A stretch of DNA of 38,650 nt from Octopus bimaculoides (GCF_001194135.2 NC_068991.1:5203223-5241872); one strand, 5' to 3'. Shown: positions 25,638 through 37,945, counted from the first letter of the stretch. Notes: a model not told the origin generated them from the sequence alone. Made by a program: numbers and translations.

Positions 25638-25752
25638 TAAAGGGATCCCTCCTCTACCGCGAGTGCTCGTTTCCAAGACACCCCGCGATAGAAGAAAACT
25701 CGCCATGGATGAAAACCCGCGATAGAGGAAAACCTGCGAAGTAGATACAATA
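25638..25752 (+). mobile_element. pogo/Tigger-like DNA transposon terminus
   Basis: ta(a)agggatccctc...accgcgagtgctcgtttccaagacaccccgcgatagaagaaaac...cctgcgaagtag resembles the TA-CAGGGATCCCTC...CGCG-rich ends of Tigger-like MITEs. The second end was not seen. Confidence 0.6.
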
Positions 25753-25771
25753 CTGTACTACTGTACTATGT

Positions 25772-25870
25772 TCTTTTATTTGCTTCAGTCATTTGACCGC
25801 AGTCATGCTGGAGCACCACCCTTGCCAAACAAATCGATGGTGGGGGGACAAACACAGACGCACAAACATA
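25772..25870 (-). mobile_element. SINE family A tail with a large internal deletion, running into a gap
   Basis: ttcagtcatttgaccgcagtcatgctggagcacc...aaacaaatcgatggtggggggacaaacacagac. Confidence 0.85.
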
Positions 25871-26576
25871 TATATATATATATATGTATCNNNNNNNNNN
25901 NNNNNNNNNNNNNNNNNNNNNNNNNNNNNNNNNNNNNNNNNNNNNNNNNNNNNNNNNNNNNNNNNNNNNNNNNNNNNNNNNNNNNNNNNNNNNNNNNNNN
26001 NNNNNNNNNNNNNNNNNNNNNNNNNNNNNNNNNNNNNNNNNNNNNNNNNNNNNNNNNNNNNNNNNNNNNNNNNNNNNNNNNNNNNNNNNNNNNNNNNNNN
26101 NNNNNNNNNNNNNNNNNNNNNNNNNNNNNNNNNNNNNNNNNNNNNNNNNNNNNNNNNNNNNNNNNNNNNNNNNNNNNNNNNNNNNNNNNNNNNNNNNNNN
26201 NNNNNNNNNNNNNNNNNNNNNNNNNNNNNNNNNNNNNNNNNNNNNNNNNNNNNNNNNNNNNNNNNNNNNNNNNNNNNNNNNNNNNNNNNNNNNNNNNNNN
26301 NNNNNNNNNNNNNNNNNNNNNNNNNNNNNNNNNNNNNNNNNNNNNNNNNNNNNNNNNNNNNNNNNNNNNNNNNNNNNNNNNNNNNNNNNNNNNNNNNNNN
26401 NNNNNNNNNNNNNNNNNNNNNNNNNNNNNNNNNNNNNNNNNNNNNNNNNNNNNNNNNNNNNNNNNNNNNNNNNNNNNNNNNNNNNNNNNNNNNNNNNNNN
26501 NNNNNNNNNNNNNNNTATGCATGTTTCTTTGTGTATCTGTGTGTGTGTCTACATATATATCTATATATATGTGTGA

Positions 26577-26609
<33 letters not shown>

Positions 26610-26619
26610 AGTGTTTGTA

Positions 26620-26835
26620 TATAAATATGTGTTTTTGTGCTTGTGTGTGTCCACTACCATCACTTGAGAACCAGTGATGTGTTTACGTCTACGTAACATT
26701 AGCGCTTTGTCACAACAGATTGATGGAATGAAACCTGGCTTACAAAATAAAGCTAGTACAGGGGTTGATTTGTTCGACTAAAATTCTTTAAGGCTTTGCC
26801 CCCGTAAGGCCGCAGTCTAATGAGAGAAATGAAGG
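26620..26835 (+). mobile_element. SINE family A tail, degraded
   Basis: ...ccatcacttgagaaccagtgatgtgtttacgtc...ggggttgatttgttcgactaaaattctttaaggc...ggccgcagtctaatga. Confidence 0.75.
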
Positions 26836-27262
26836 AAAAGGAACAGATCGATATACAACAACACGGCGGTCATGAAAAGAAAAATACACCGCAGCCGACA
26901 ATAAGCTCGAGCAGACGATCATGGATGTAAATAACACTTGAGACTGAATATTGGTTATCATTATCAATATTATGAAAAAGGGTTTTTTTTTTCCTCTCAC
27001 CCTCGATCCTACCATCAGAATCTAGGGAAGCCATATCTTCACGATCACGAGGGCTGATGGAACGAGACGATCACCCTCAACGGCCACCACCCCCAGCATT
27101 GACATCTACATAGAGCTCTCTACTTTCTCCTACCAGAGGCTGAGGAATGCCAGAGCTCATTCCTCTATCAAAATTACGTTTGAGCCTCATTCGTACATTA
27201 ATGTATGAATCTACTCTGCTCAAACATTAACACAGTTACATTCTCATCTCCTCTCACCAGTT

Positions 27263-27303
<41 letters not shown>

Positions 27304-28159
27304 CACACATACACACACAGATGCGTGTGAACACAAACACACACATTCACCTGCATACACAGATACACAGATACACACATACACTCAATCACAAAATCGT
27401 TCGCAATATGTCTTCTATCATGTTTGGCCCTACAGTACACCGACCAACTTTAATATCGCCATTAGCAGTAGGTGTATTATAAATCATTGTGATGAGGACA
27501 TTTGATAAATATCTCATCTTAATGTGATAACAGAATCGTATGATAAATGAGACATCGTTATTTTTCCAATCACCAAAATCAATATATAAAATTGATGCAT
27601 GCAAGAATCATTTTGTTTTTATTCATTTTTCATTTTACCTCTTTTTTCATGTTTTTTGTTTCGTTTTTTTTTTTTTNNNNNNNNNNCTCTTTTTTCATGT
27701 TTTTTGTTTCGTTTTTTTTTTTCTGCATTTTGACTGTTTCTTGTGTTTTGCTTTTTAATCGTCTGCGAGAAAAGAAAAAGGAAAAAAATATCAAGGCCAG
27801 CTTTCGGTCTGGAAAATAATTAACGATATTCTCTTTTAACAATTTGTTACTTGTTATATGTCAATAGTGCAACATATCGGATAGTCGTGCTGTTCATAAT
27901 ATAGATTTAGTATTTCATATATTATAGATTATCCATGCCAGTCATCATACTTGAGCTCATTATTCTCCATTATATTACATAACGGGTGTATATGAACTTA
28001 GTACTGTAAGCTAACTTGATCACCTAAATTAGATCGATACAAAATGGATTTCTTTACACAACAACAACACTCCATATATAAATACAGAAACACAAGTGTA
28101 AATAACACTTCGGATATCCTTCAGCCTAAAATCAGATTGCAGCTTTATTACATGTAATC

Positions 28160-28258
28160 CTTTCTTTCATTTTCTACCTTGTTTAATTTATGGTACTGCG
28201 GCCATGCTGGGGCACAACCTTGTATGGTTTTAGTCGATAAAAGTCGGCCCCATTCATA
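28160..28258 (-). mobile_element. SINE family A tail fragment
   Basis: actgcggccatgctggggcacaacctt...tttagtcgataaaagtcggcccca. Confidence 0.75.
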
Positions 28259-28280
28259 TTGTGTGTGTGTGTGTGTGTGG

Positions 28281-28311
<31 letters not shown>

Positions 28312-28786
28312 GGTGTGTGTGTGTGCGTATATATGTATATATATATATATAAATGTATGTGTATTTTTTCAATGGGGGAAAAAAAATAAATAGTTACCAG
28401 GGTAGCAAAAATTCACATAAATACCAAAAATGTAACAGCCTACTTATAAAGGTAGAAATTCCAGGGTTTAGTGAAATGTTATTGTATGAATAATACCTGC
28501 GTTTATAACTGACACAGAACGAAACAATAGAAACGAACTAATATGACATTCATCTGGAGAGTCATGTCTTTTTATTTCCCTTATTTATTACAACATCTAA
28601 CTACAGTAAATTTCGAATTAAATGTTTAATATTAAAATTATGAGTCATTTGCGATCAGCTCTTCTGGCGCCGTTAGTTTAGAGTCACTGATTCGACGCTG
28701 ACTTATTTGACTTCAGACATTTTAATGTTTCTTCTTTTCTCTCTCTTTCTGATTCATTCACTCTCGCGATCTCCCATTCTCTCCCC

Positions 28787-28824
<38 letters not shown>

Positions 28825-30306
28825 GTATCTATCTATGTATTTATCTCTCTCTCTCAATCTCTCCCTCTTTCCTTCTCTCTCCCCCTCTGTGTCTCTCTCT
28901 TTATGTGTCTTAACATATATTTCTTTCTATGTGTATGAGGAGACGGAAAATCTCTGTCAATGATAATGTCTTGCACCCTATTTTCCTCTTTATCGTAATG
29001 TGTTTCTTTCTCTCAATTTTTCCCTCTATCTTAATGCGTTTCTCTCTCTCTCTCCCTCTCTCTCTATCAATCACATTTTTCTATCCGTATATGCATAATT
29101 CTGTATATGCATGCGCGGGCGCCTGTGTGTATGCATTTGAGGCCAACACCAAAATGTGCTGTCGCCAAAACAGACAGCCAGGCCAAATACTAGCGTACAA
29201 ACAGTCACGCCCAGTTGTCACATATCGAAATGTTAGACGGCCTAGTTGCCTGAACACGAACATTATGGTTCATATCCACCAACGTTGACTTCTTGGAGCT
29301 CAAATCTCCTTTATAATATTGTAATGTCCCTCGAGTGGTCATGATAATTGTCGGTATAGGATTTTTCTATAAAGCATGTGTAGATTTAAACTGTATGATT
29401 GTTGATAAATGATCAGAATTTCATGTTTTTCTCTAGGTTATATCTGTCACATCTGGTTTGGTTAGGATCGTTTTCAGATTATAAATGAGGCAATGTAAAT
29501 CTGTATTTCTAACATCTAAAGCCTACATGTGCACGACGTTCACATTTTGTGTAGAAAAGGTTATATATATATATATATATATNNNNNNNNNNNNNNNNNN
29601 NNNNNNNNNNNNNNNNNNNNNNNNNNNNNNNNNNNNNNNNNNNNNNNNNNNNNNNNNNNNNNNNNNNNNNNNNNNNNNNNNNNNNNNNNNNNNNNNNNNN
29701 NNNNNNNNNNNNNNNNNNNNNNNNNNNNNNNNNNNNNNNNNNNNNNNNNNNNNNNNNNNNNNNNNNNNNNNNNNNNNNNNNNNNNNNNNNNNNNNNNNNN
29801 NNNNNNNNNNNNNNNNNNNNNNNNNNNNNNNNNNNNNNNNNNNNNNNNNNNNNNNNNNNNNNNNNNNNNNNNNNNNNNNNNNNNNNNNNNNNNNNNNNNN
29901 NNNNNNNNNNNNNNNNNNNNNNNNNNNNNNNNNNNNNNNNNNNNNNNNNNNNNNNNNNNNNNNNNNNNNNNNNNNNNNNNNNNNNNNNNNNNNNNNNNNN
30001 NNNNNNNNNNNNNNNNNNNNNNNNNNNNNNNNNNNNNNNNNNNNNNNNNNNNNNNNNNNNNNNNNNNNNNNNNNNNNNNNNNNNNNNNNNNNNNNNNNNN
30101 NNNNNNNNNNNNNNNNNNNNNNNNNNNNNNNNNNNNNNNNNNNNNNNNNNNNNNNNNNNNNNNNNNNNNNNNNNNNNNNNNNNNNNNNNNNNNNNATATA
30201 CACATGTGTATATATATATATATTTATATGTGTGTGTGAGTGTAGACACTTATACCTACGTATGAATATGCATGTTTTTATATATATTCATACATATGAA
30301 TATATG

Positions 30307-30352
<46 letters not shown>

Positions 30353-30372
30353 CATATACATAGATACATATC

Positions 30373-30409
<37 letters not shown>

Positions 30410-30461
30410 GTAAAGAAATGAATGAAAGACTGAAAACAAGCTGTGTCAAACACTATGACGG

Positions 30462-32074
30462 GTCTATTAGTCCTGTGAGGATGCTTGAGATCGATTCGGC
30501 TCGACTTAGCGATGGATGGCATCAAGAAAATTGATTGATTTGCCTTGGGATTTTAATGTCAGATTCAATAGAAAATGTTCTGAAGTTAAAGGCTGCAACT
30601 TTGCTTTCGTCTAACCTCTTAAAAATTCAAGAGATTTCTACTTTGTGATGAAAGAATTGTCCAAGTGTTTTGTTTTGTTTTTGTTTTTGTTTTTTTTTAG
30701 TAGTCATGTTAAACATTTATTTTTGCGTGAAGAGAGAAAGAAATATGTTGTGACAAAAAAGAAAATAATAATAATTTATGATTCGGGTTTTTTGGTGTTG
30801 ATATTAAAAGCCCAGAATGTTCTTGTTGGTGTCTTTTTGTTTGTGTTTAGACATTGTGTTGTTATTCTTCTTGCTGTTGTTTCACCTTCATTCATATTTG
30901 CTGATACCCTGTTTTTGTTGTTGTTGCTATTACCGTTGTTGTTTTTGTTGTCTGTTTTTGTTAATGATGTTGTTTATTTCTGTTTTTGTTTTTGCCGTTT
31001 GTTATTGCAACACCCGATCAATGAAGCCTTTTATTAAAAGTATTTAAGGCGTGTTTCAAGCCAATATCTTTCTCGGCTCTTTGGTTATCTAGGCCTATAC
31101 TATCTCATGCGACCTTCAGCTTTGTGTTTTTACGATAGTGAAATGCAATATGAGGGGGAAAATATTCGCTTGGCTACTATTTCAGGCAGAGGGACTCATC
31201 ACAGAGAAGCTTCTATTTCGGTTCGGCAATTTATGATTATGTTCATATTTAAATTCTTTTTTTCTGTTTTAATGGTGCTTGTTAGGAAGAAGGTCTGTGT
31301 GCACGAACTTGAAGGCTTTCCACCATGTCAGACCAGAGAAATCGATGCAACTAGCATTTTCAAGGCGGAGATGGTAGTAAGGACATACATTTAGGCGAGC
31401 TGTAGAAGCAACATCATGGCCGTGCACTCGTTACTAAATCCCGTTTTGCCTCAAAGAATATCGGGGTAAAGAAACTGTTTTTTAACCACTTGTTTTCGGG
31501 TTCAATCTCACTATACGATATCTTTGGCAAGTATGGACGAATATATCTTGGGACGGACAAATGCCTCAAGTGTGCTGTGAGTGAAAGTGGTAGGTGGAAA
31601 CTGAAGAAAGCCCATCATACAGCCCGCTATGCCAACTCTCCTACCTTATGATAGCTTTTGATAATAGCTTTGGTTGTCTGGGATAGAAACAAGATAGAAC
31701 AACAACAAAAATCAGCTAAAACAATGCTATTTGAAGGGCTAAGCACAACACTTCAGCTAGAACAACAACAACAATAACAGTTCAAACAACAACAGAACAT
31801 AAACAACACTCCGGGTTTTAATAACAACAGCAAAAACAACAACAACAACAGCAACCATAAAACTATTATTTTTCTTTGTTACGCTTTGTTCTCGAAAGAA
31901 AGTCTCAAATCACTTTTAAAATGCCAGTAGGCTTCGACAATTCTTTGAACACAAACTAGAAATCTCTTGATTTTTAAGATGTTAGATGAAAACAAAGTTA
32001 CTGTCCTTAAAAATCTCAATCTTTTCCACTGAATCTGGCATTAAAATCCCTTGACAGGATAATTACTAATAGAC
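30462..32074. repeat. Long degenerate inverted repeat: arms 30462-31049 and 31644-32074, spacer ~600 bp
   Basis: gggattttaatgtcagattca...ctaacctcttaaaaattcaagagatttctactttgtgatgaaagaattgtc pairs with gacaattctttgaacacaaactagaaatctcttgatttttaagatgttag...tgaatctggcattaaaatccc. Further matches continue to the inner ends. Confidence 0.85.
31463..31618 (+). mobile_element. Old SINE family A head and core
   Basis: aaccacttgttttcgggttcaatctcact...ttggcaagt...gtgagtgaaagtggtaggtggaaactgaagaaagccc. Confidence 0.65.
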
Positions 32075-32160
32075 AATGAATGGTTCACAATATGGTCGCT
32101 GCATTAAGAGAATCATTAAAACATTCAGCTAGAGTCCTTTGCGGTATTAAGCTACTTACT

Positions 32161-32517
32161 CTTTTAATCTCTTATTTGTTTCAGTCATTTGGCTGCGCCC
32201 ATGCTGGAGCACCGCCTTTAGTCGAGCAAATCGATCCCGGGACTTATTCTTTGTAAGCCTAGTACTTATTCTCTCGGTCTCATTTGCAACGGTTGTCAAG
32301 CAATGTTTGCGGAAAACACAGACACACAAACACACCCATATATATACATATATATGACGGGCTTCTTTCAGTTTCTCTCTACCAAATCCACTCACAAGGC
32401 TTTGGTCGGCCCGAGGCTATAGTAGAAGACACTTGCCCAAGATGCCACGCAGTGGGACTGAACCCGGTACCATGTGGTCGGTAAACAAGCTACTTAACTC
32501 ACAGCCACCTCTGCGCC
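32161..32517 (-). mobile_element. SINE family A, near full length and least diverged, with a ~36-bp internal deletion
   Basis: Reverse complement starts ggcgcagaggtggctgtgagttaag...gggttcagtcccactgcgtggcatcttgggcaagtg (A-box and B-box-like). Core and tail are complete. Confidence 0.93.
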
Positions 32518-32719
32518 TATCCACACAGCTACTCCTTTATTCACCCTGTTGATATCGAATAACAAAGTAAATGCATCGATCAGGTAATGGAATCGATAAT
32601 GGAATCGATACATCGATTATTGCCCTCTTCGAAAATGCATAGTTTTGTACCGATGTTAAAACAATATAATTGTTGTAGATACATTTAATAGACATAAGAT
32701 ATGTGAATTTGAATAATAA

Positions 32720-32940
32720 TCATTTTTGATATGAGCACAAGGTTTGAAATTTGAGGGGAGGGGGAGAGGAGATTTGAGGAGGATGGTGACAGGAGATTAT
32801 GTCATCCCCAGTACTCGAACGATACTTATTTTATAGATCCCGAACGACGAAAGGCAAAATCGACCTTGGTAGAGTTTGAACTCAGAACGTAAAGATCTCG
32901 AAGTTATGCCGCTAAGACCTTTGTTCTACGTGCTAATAAT
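32720..32940 (-). mobile_element. SINE family B, degraded
   Basis: gagcacaaggtttgaaatttgaggg...gaaaggcaaaatcgaccttggtagagtttgaactcagaacgtaaag. Confidence 0.8.
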
Positions 32941-34528
32941 CTTTTAGTTATTAACAGCAAAGGCTCGATGGAGAAGAAGACTATAATGATGATGATGTCG
33001 ATGATGAGGCGCAGGAAGAGGTGGAGGAGAAGGCGGCGTAGGGCGGTCTGCTGCATTTGCTCAAATCAGAAACCTGAAGGTTTGTGGGGAGTTTGAATTG
33101 TCCACGTTATATGACTGGTACTTACATCTTAAATCCCAGGTGGCAACAAATTTTAATCTTTCCTTCAATAAGAAATTAATTCCGAATTTAAAAACACAGG
33201 ACATAGGAACCAAAACAGTTTCAAAATTAGAGAATTTTAACCTGATCAATGTCATCTTCAAAGAAGTGATTTGCGCTTGTTTAACAAATACACATATAAT
33301 CAAAATCGATCCGTCTATTGCCATCCTTCCGATTTTCAATTGGAGTGAATCTGAGGTATATCACCATATGTGTCATTTCAATTTTACGATGTTAGTGTGT
33401 GATTTGAGAGAGATTTAGCTGTTATTTCTAGTAGCTATAGCAACTCTCTAGATGATGCATGATTGATGCTTGATTTCCAGTTCAGAATAGAACGCAGCAA
33501 GGCATGCGAACTAATGAAACACATCCATACTTTAACATGTTACCGCTAATTAGAACAGTAATATTTTCCTATTAAGCTGTGTTGACAGATAAATGGTAGT
33601 TTCGGCCACAAATACAGAGCATTTCTAATGCCAGTCCACAGACGTCCACAGCTTGCTGTCTGCTAATTTATTCCTGCACCACGGTTGAGCTCAGAATTTG
33701 AAGTGGCTGTTGTTAATATCATGAAATTGACGCAGCTGAACACTGGAAATCTACAATGAATCACGTGTTGTGGAAGAGTACGAGAGAAAAATTAGAAAGC
33801 CGTGTGTCAAGTAAGTCAACGTTGAATCAAACAGCGCCACAACGGCTGCGCCAAAATTTTTCGTACCTATATAAGACTAGCCCCGCCTCCCCATAAAAAG
33901 TTAAATCTACCACTTAAATGTTAGGCCTAAAACATAAACAGTATTAGAATCACTCAATAGTATTACACTTGCTTGTTTATTGCGCATTAACACACTTCAC
34001 TGCATTACATAAAACAAAACATTAATTTTAACAATATCCCAGCGTCGATATTTCATTTATATTTATTTCATTTAATAAAAACAAAACTATATAAAACACT
34101 TTATATATATATATATAGGAAAAAGAATCATCTGTAACAAGATCAACAACAAACCACAACGTTGTACAAAGAAGAAATTAGCGGTAATTTTATAAAACAA
34201 CAATGTCAAACAAAATGAAATTTAATGAAACATCAAACGAAGTCAAACTAAATGAAAATAATATTTGGTTTTGTTTGATAGAATTTTAATAAAAAATGGA
34301 AAATAACTGACTCACGCTCTCTCACATATAAGGCATATATACATATGGTAAAAAGAAAATGTCATAATAGTATACATATATACGTACATACATATACATA
34401 GCTACATATATATATATATATGTGCGTGTGTGTGTATGTGTATATCTATATGTATATATATAAGTATATATATATAGCGATAGATAGATAGATAGATGCA
34501 TGCATGCGTACATACTTAACTACATACG

Positions 34529-34566
<38 letters not shown>

Positions 34567-34579
34567 AACATACATGTAC

Positions 34580-34618
<39 letters not shown>

Positions 34619-35234
34619 GTACGTATTACTAGCGCGCGAGCGCTGTGTGTTAAATAATATTATTTTAATATTATACCGTGATAGAATACACTATTTTGAT
34701 GCAATACTGCATAATATAAATTCTGATTATTTTACTGTTTTTTATTTGTTTTTTATTGTGTGAGAGAAAATTAATAGTGTCAGGTATGTTCTGTATTGTA
34801 TATTCGAATATTCGATTTAATTGATCCCCCAAAACAGGTGCTCCTTTAATTTATTCATTGAAATCAAGAATGAACCATATAACCGGTTTAAAAGCAAGAT
34901 ATACGAAATGTGAACGTAACAGGATGCGACGTGTACTCTTAAATGTTCGTTATCTTACATTTGCACACGGCAGTGATTTTCTGGGTGGATTGGCAATTGG
35001 AGGAACAAAGCAGGACTAGGCTTCCTCAAGTACGATACTTGAGTTTTGGTTCGATGACAAAAAGCGCCTAAATTCTCAAGAACAAGATATTGAAACTGCT
35101 GTTTCAATATCCGTCAGCGTCAAACTCTTAGGCATAAATTCGTTGGTGTACCAAGTGCACGAACAACCACCGGAACGTTTGCCGACATAGTCTTCAACAA
35201 TCGCTTCATGTCTCTGACATCATCGTGATTACTG

Positions 35235-35335
35235 CGCCAGGCGAAACGCTTAATGGCAACTCTTCCGCCTTTACGTTCTGAGCTGAAATGTCGTTGAGGT
35301 CGACTTTACCGTTCGTCAGTTTGATTTCGATGAAA
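35235..35335 (+). mobile_element. SINE family B fragment
   Basis: cgccaggcgaaacgctta...ttacgttctgagctgaaatgtcgttgaggtcgacttt. Confidence 0.75.
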
Positions 35336-35384
35336 AAACTATTGTTTAAATACTGGAGACAATGTATTGACTAACCACATTGTT

Positions 35385-35385
35385 G

Positions 35386-35460
<75 letters not shown>

Positions 35461-35467
35461 TTATTAT

Positions 35468-35502
<35 letters not shown>

Positions 35503-35609
35503 NNNNNNNNNNNNNNNNNNNNNNNNNNNNNNNNNNNNNNNNNNNNNNNNNNNNNNNNNNNNNNNNNNNNNNNNNNNATTATTATTATTTTTATTATTAT
35601 TATTATTAT

Positions 35610-35692
<83 letters not shown>

Positions 35693-35712
35693 TTATTACT
35701 ATTATTAATGCT

Positions 35713-35771
<59 letters not shown>

Positions 35772-35819
35772 TACTACTACTACTACTACTACTACTGCTA
35801 CTACTATTACTATTATTAA

Positions 35820-35860
<41 letters not shown>
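35385..35860. repeat. Compound (ATT)n/(ACT)n microsatellite spanning a gap
   Basis: Direct reading. Confidence 0.95.
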
Positions 35861-35861
<1 letters not shown>

Positions 35862-35956
35862 GAAAGGATTGACGTAATTATTCGCTTAATTTCTGCAGTG
35901 TATACCATCAAAATGACATTGGCGTACAAATATACTCATCATGAACAAAATGATTA

Positions 35957-36122
35957 GTGTCATTTCGTCCGTTCTTACGTTCTGAGTTCAAATTCTGCCG
36001 AGGTTGAGTTTGCCTTTCATCATTTCAGGGTCAACAAAATAAGTACCAGTTGCGCAATGGGGTCGATGTAATCGATTTAACCTTCCCCCTTAAAAGTGCT
36101 AGCTTCGTGCTAAAATCTGAAG
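35957..36122 (+). mobile_element. SINE family B, 5'-truncated
   Basis: ttacgttctgagttcaaattctgccgaggttgagtttgcctttcatcatttcagggtcaacaaaataagtaccag...ggggtcgatgtaatcgatt. Confidence 0.88.
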
Positions 36123-36233
36123 CCAGGAACCGAGAAACTAAACCCCAACACACAGCACAAATTGATGCAGCCCTCCACCAACAGCAGGAATCTATAGATC
36201 CCTTCAATCTTCACGGGGATAAGAACGTATTAC

Positions 36234-36293
36234 CTTCATGCAACTCAGAAACACGGAGGAGGACCAGTTTGTGTAGTAAAAAGTATCAGGAAA
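36234..36293 (-). CDS. Candidate 60-nt symmetric exon (FPDTFYYTNWSSSVFLSCMK)
   Basis: Acceptor gttacgtttcttcgatAG and donor AAG|GTAATA. Only the phase 0-0 frame is open. Confidence 0.3.
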
Positions 36294-36344
36294 CTATCGA
36301 AGAAACGTAACATTACTGCTATTCCTCTTATTACCACTTACATT

Positions 36345-36553
36345 GTTTAGCTGCCGTGTATTCATTCTACTTAGCGTATATCCTACCTCCCTACATATCT
36401 CTAACTACATATAGTGTGCGGTGTTGTCATATACTACATCGTACTCTGTTCTTTATTATAACTGACGTTGTTTAGCTGCTGTTTAGTCATTCTACTTGGC
36501 TTGTATCTTACCTCCCCACATATCTCTATCTACATATAGTGTGCGGTGTTGTC
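36345..36553. repeat. 125-bp minisatellite, first array (runs into a gap)
   Basis: ctacatatagtgtgc recurs at 36405 and 36530. Confidence 0.92.
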
Positions 36554-37144
36554 NNNNNNNNNNNNNNNNNNNNNNNNNNNNNNNNNNNNNNNNNNNNNNN
36601 NNNNNNNNNNNNNNNNNNNNNNNNNNNNNNNNNNNNNNNNNNNNNNNNNNNNNNNNNNNNNNNNNNNNNNNNNNNNNNNNNNNNNNNNNNNNNNNNNNNN
36701 NNNNNNNNNNNNNNNNNNNNNNNNNNNNNNNNNNNNNNNNNNNNNNNNNNNNNNNNNNNNNNNNNNNNNNNNNNNNNNNNNNNNNNNNNNNNNNNNNNNN
36801 NNNNNNNNNNNNNNNNNNNNNNNNNNNNNNNNNNNNNNNNNNNNNNNNNNNNNNNNNNNNNNNNNNNNNNNNNNNNNNNNNNNNNNNNNNNNNNNNNNNN
36901 NNNNNNNNNNNNNNNNNNNNNNNNNNNNNNNNNNNNNNNNNNNNNNNNNNNNNNNNNNNNNNNNNNNNNNNNNNNNNNNNNNNNNNNNNNNNNNNNNNNN
37001 NNNNNNNNNNNNNNNNNNNNNNNNNNNNNNNNNNNNNNNNNNNNNNNNNNNNNNNNNNNNNNNNNNNNATGATGAAGCTGATGGGGAGGGAAAAGAGGAG
37101 ATTGAAATAGAGGGCGAGGTGTTTTATACTAATATTTACAAACG

Positions 37145-37281
<137 letters not shown>

Positions 37282-37945
37282 GTAAATCCGCATCGAAGCA
37301 ACATTTAAGAATTGACTATGATACATACGATCGCAGTATAGATTTGAAAACATAAAATACACATACATGCACACACACGCACATAAACACATACACACAG
37401 ACACACACATGCACGCACGCACACACACAAACACAAACACGCGCGCACATACACACAGACACACATGCAGAAACGCACACACGCACACACATGCAGAGGA
37501 GGTCACACACAGACTTATATGCATATAGGTACGCGTTTCAATGTTTTAATCGTCAGAAAGTTACAAAAATGACTCAAGGGCCCCGCGGCCATGTACATGG
37601 CTTCCTACGTTGCAATTATCAAATTGACAGATTCCTGATTAAATAAAAGAATATATATACCTATATCGAAAATCTATACCTTCTCTTCTTCTCAACAAAC
37701 CCATATGTCTGCCTGTGTGAACGCATATTCTTAGCGTGTGTGACTGTACCAATATATATATATACATATATATATCAGTAAATAATATATGACAATTATT
37801 CGGTAGCCATGATAAAACTCCGAGTTTCGGATGTCGGGGCGGGAACCCACGCCGCCATCTCTTCAGTTATCTGACCAGCGAAAACATGCTATGAAAATGA
37901 CCGTTAAACAAAGGGAAATTACTATGTGATTGACCNNNNNNNNNN

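Noticed and set aside
27640-27725. Direct repeat of ~38 bp around a 10-N gap
   Set aside because: Overlapping contig ends joined by a placeholder gap. A similar pattern flanks 35503-35577.
32957-33040. Acidic tail QRLDGEEDYNDDDVDDEAQEEVEEKAA* after an acceptor-like site, with a similar acidic reading at 38520-38600
   Set aside because: More simply explained as decayed (GAT)n/(GAG)n microsatellite.
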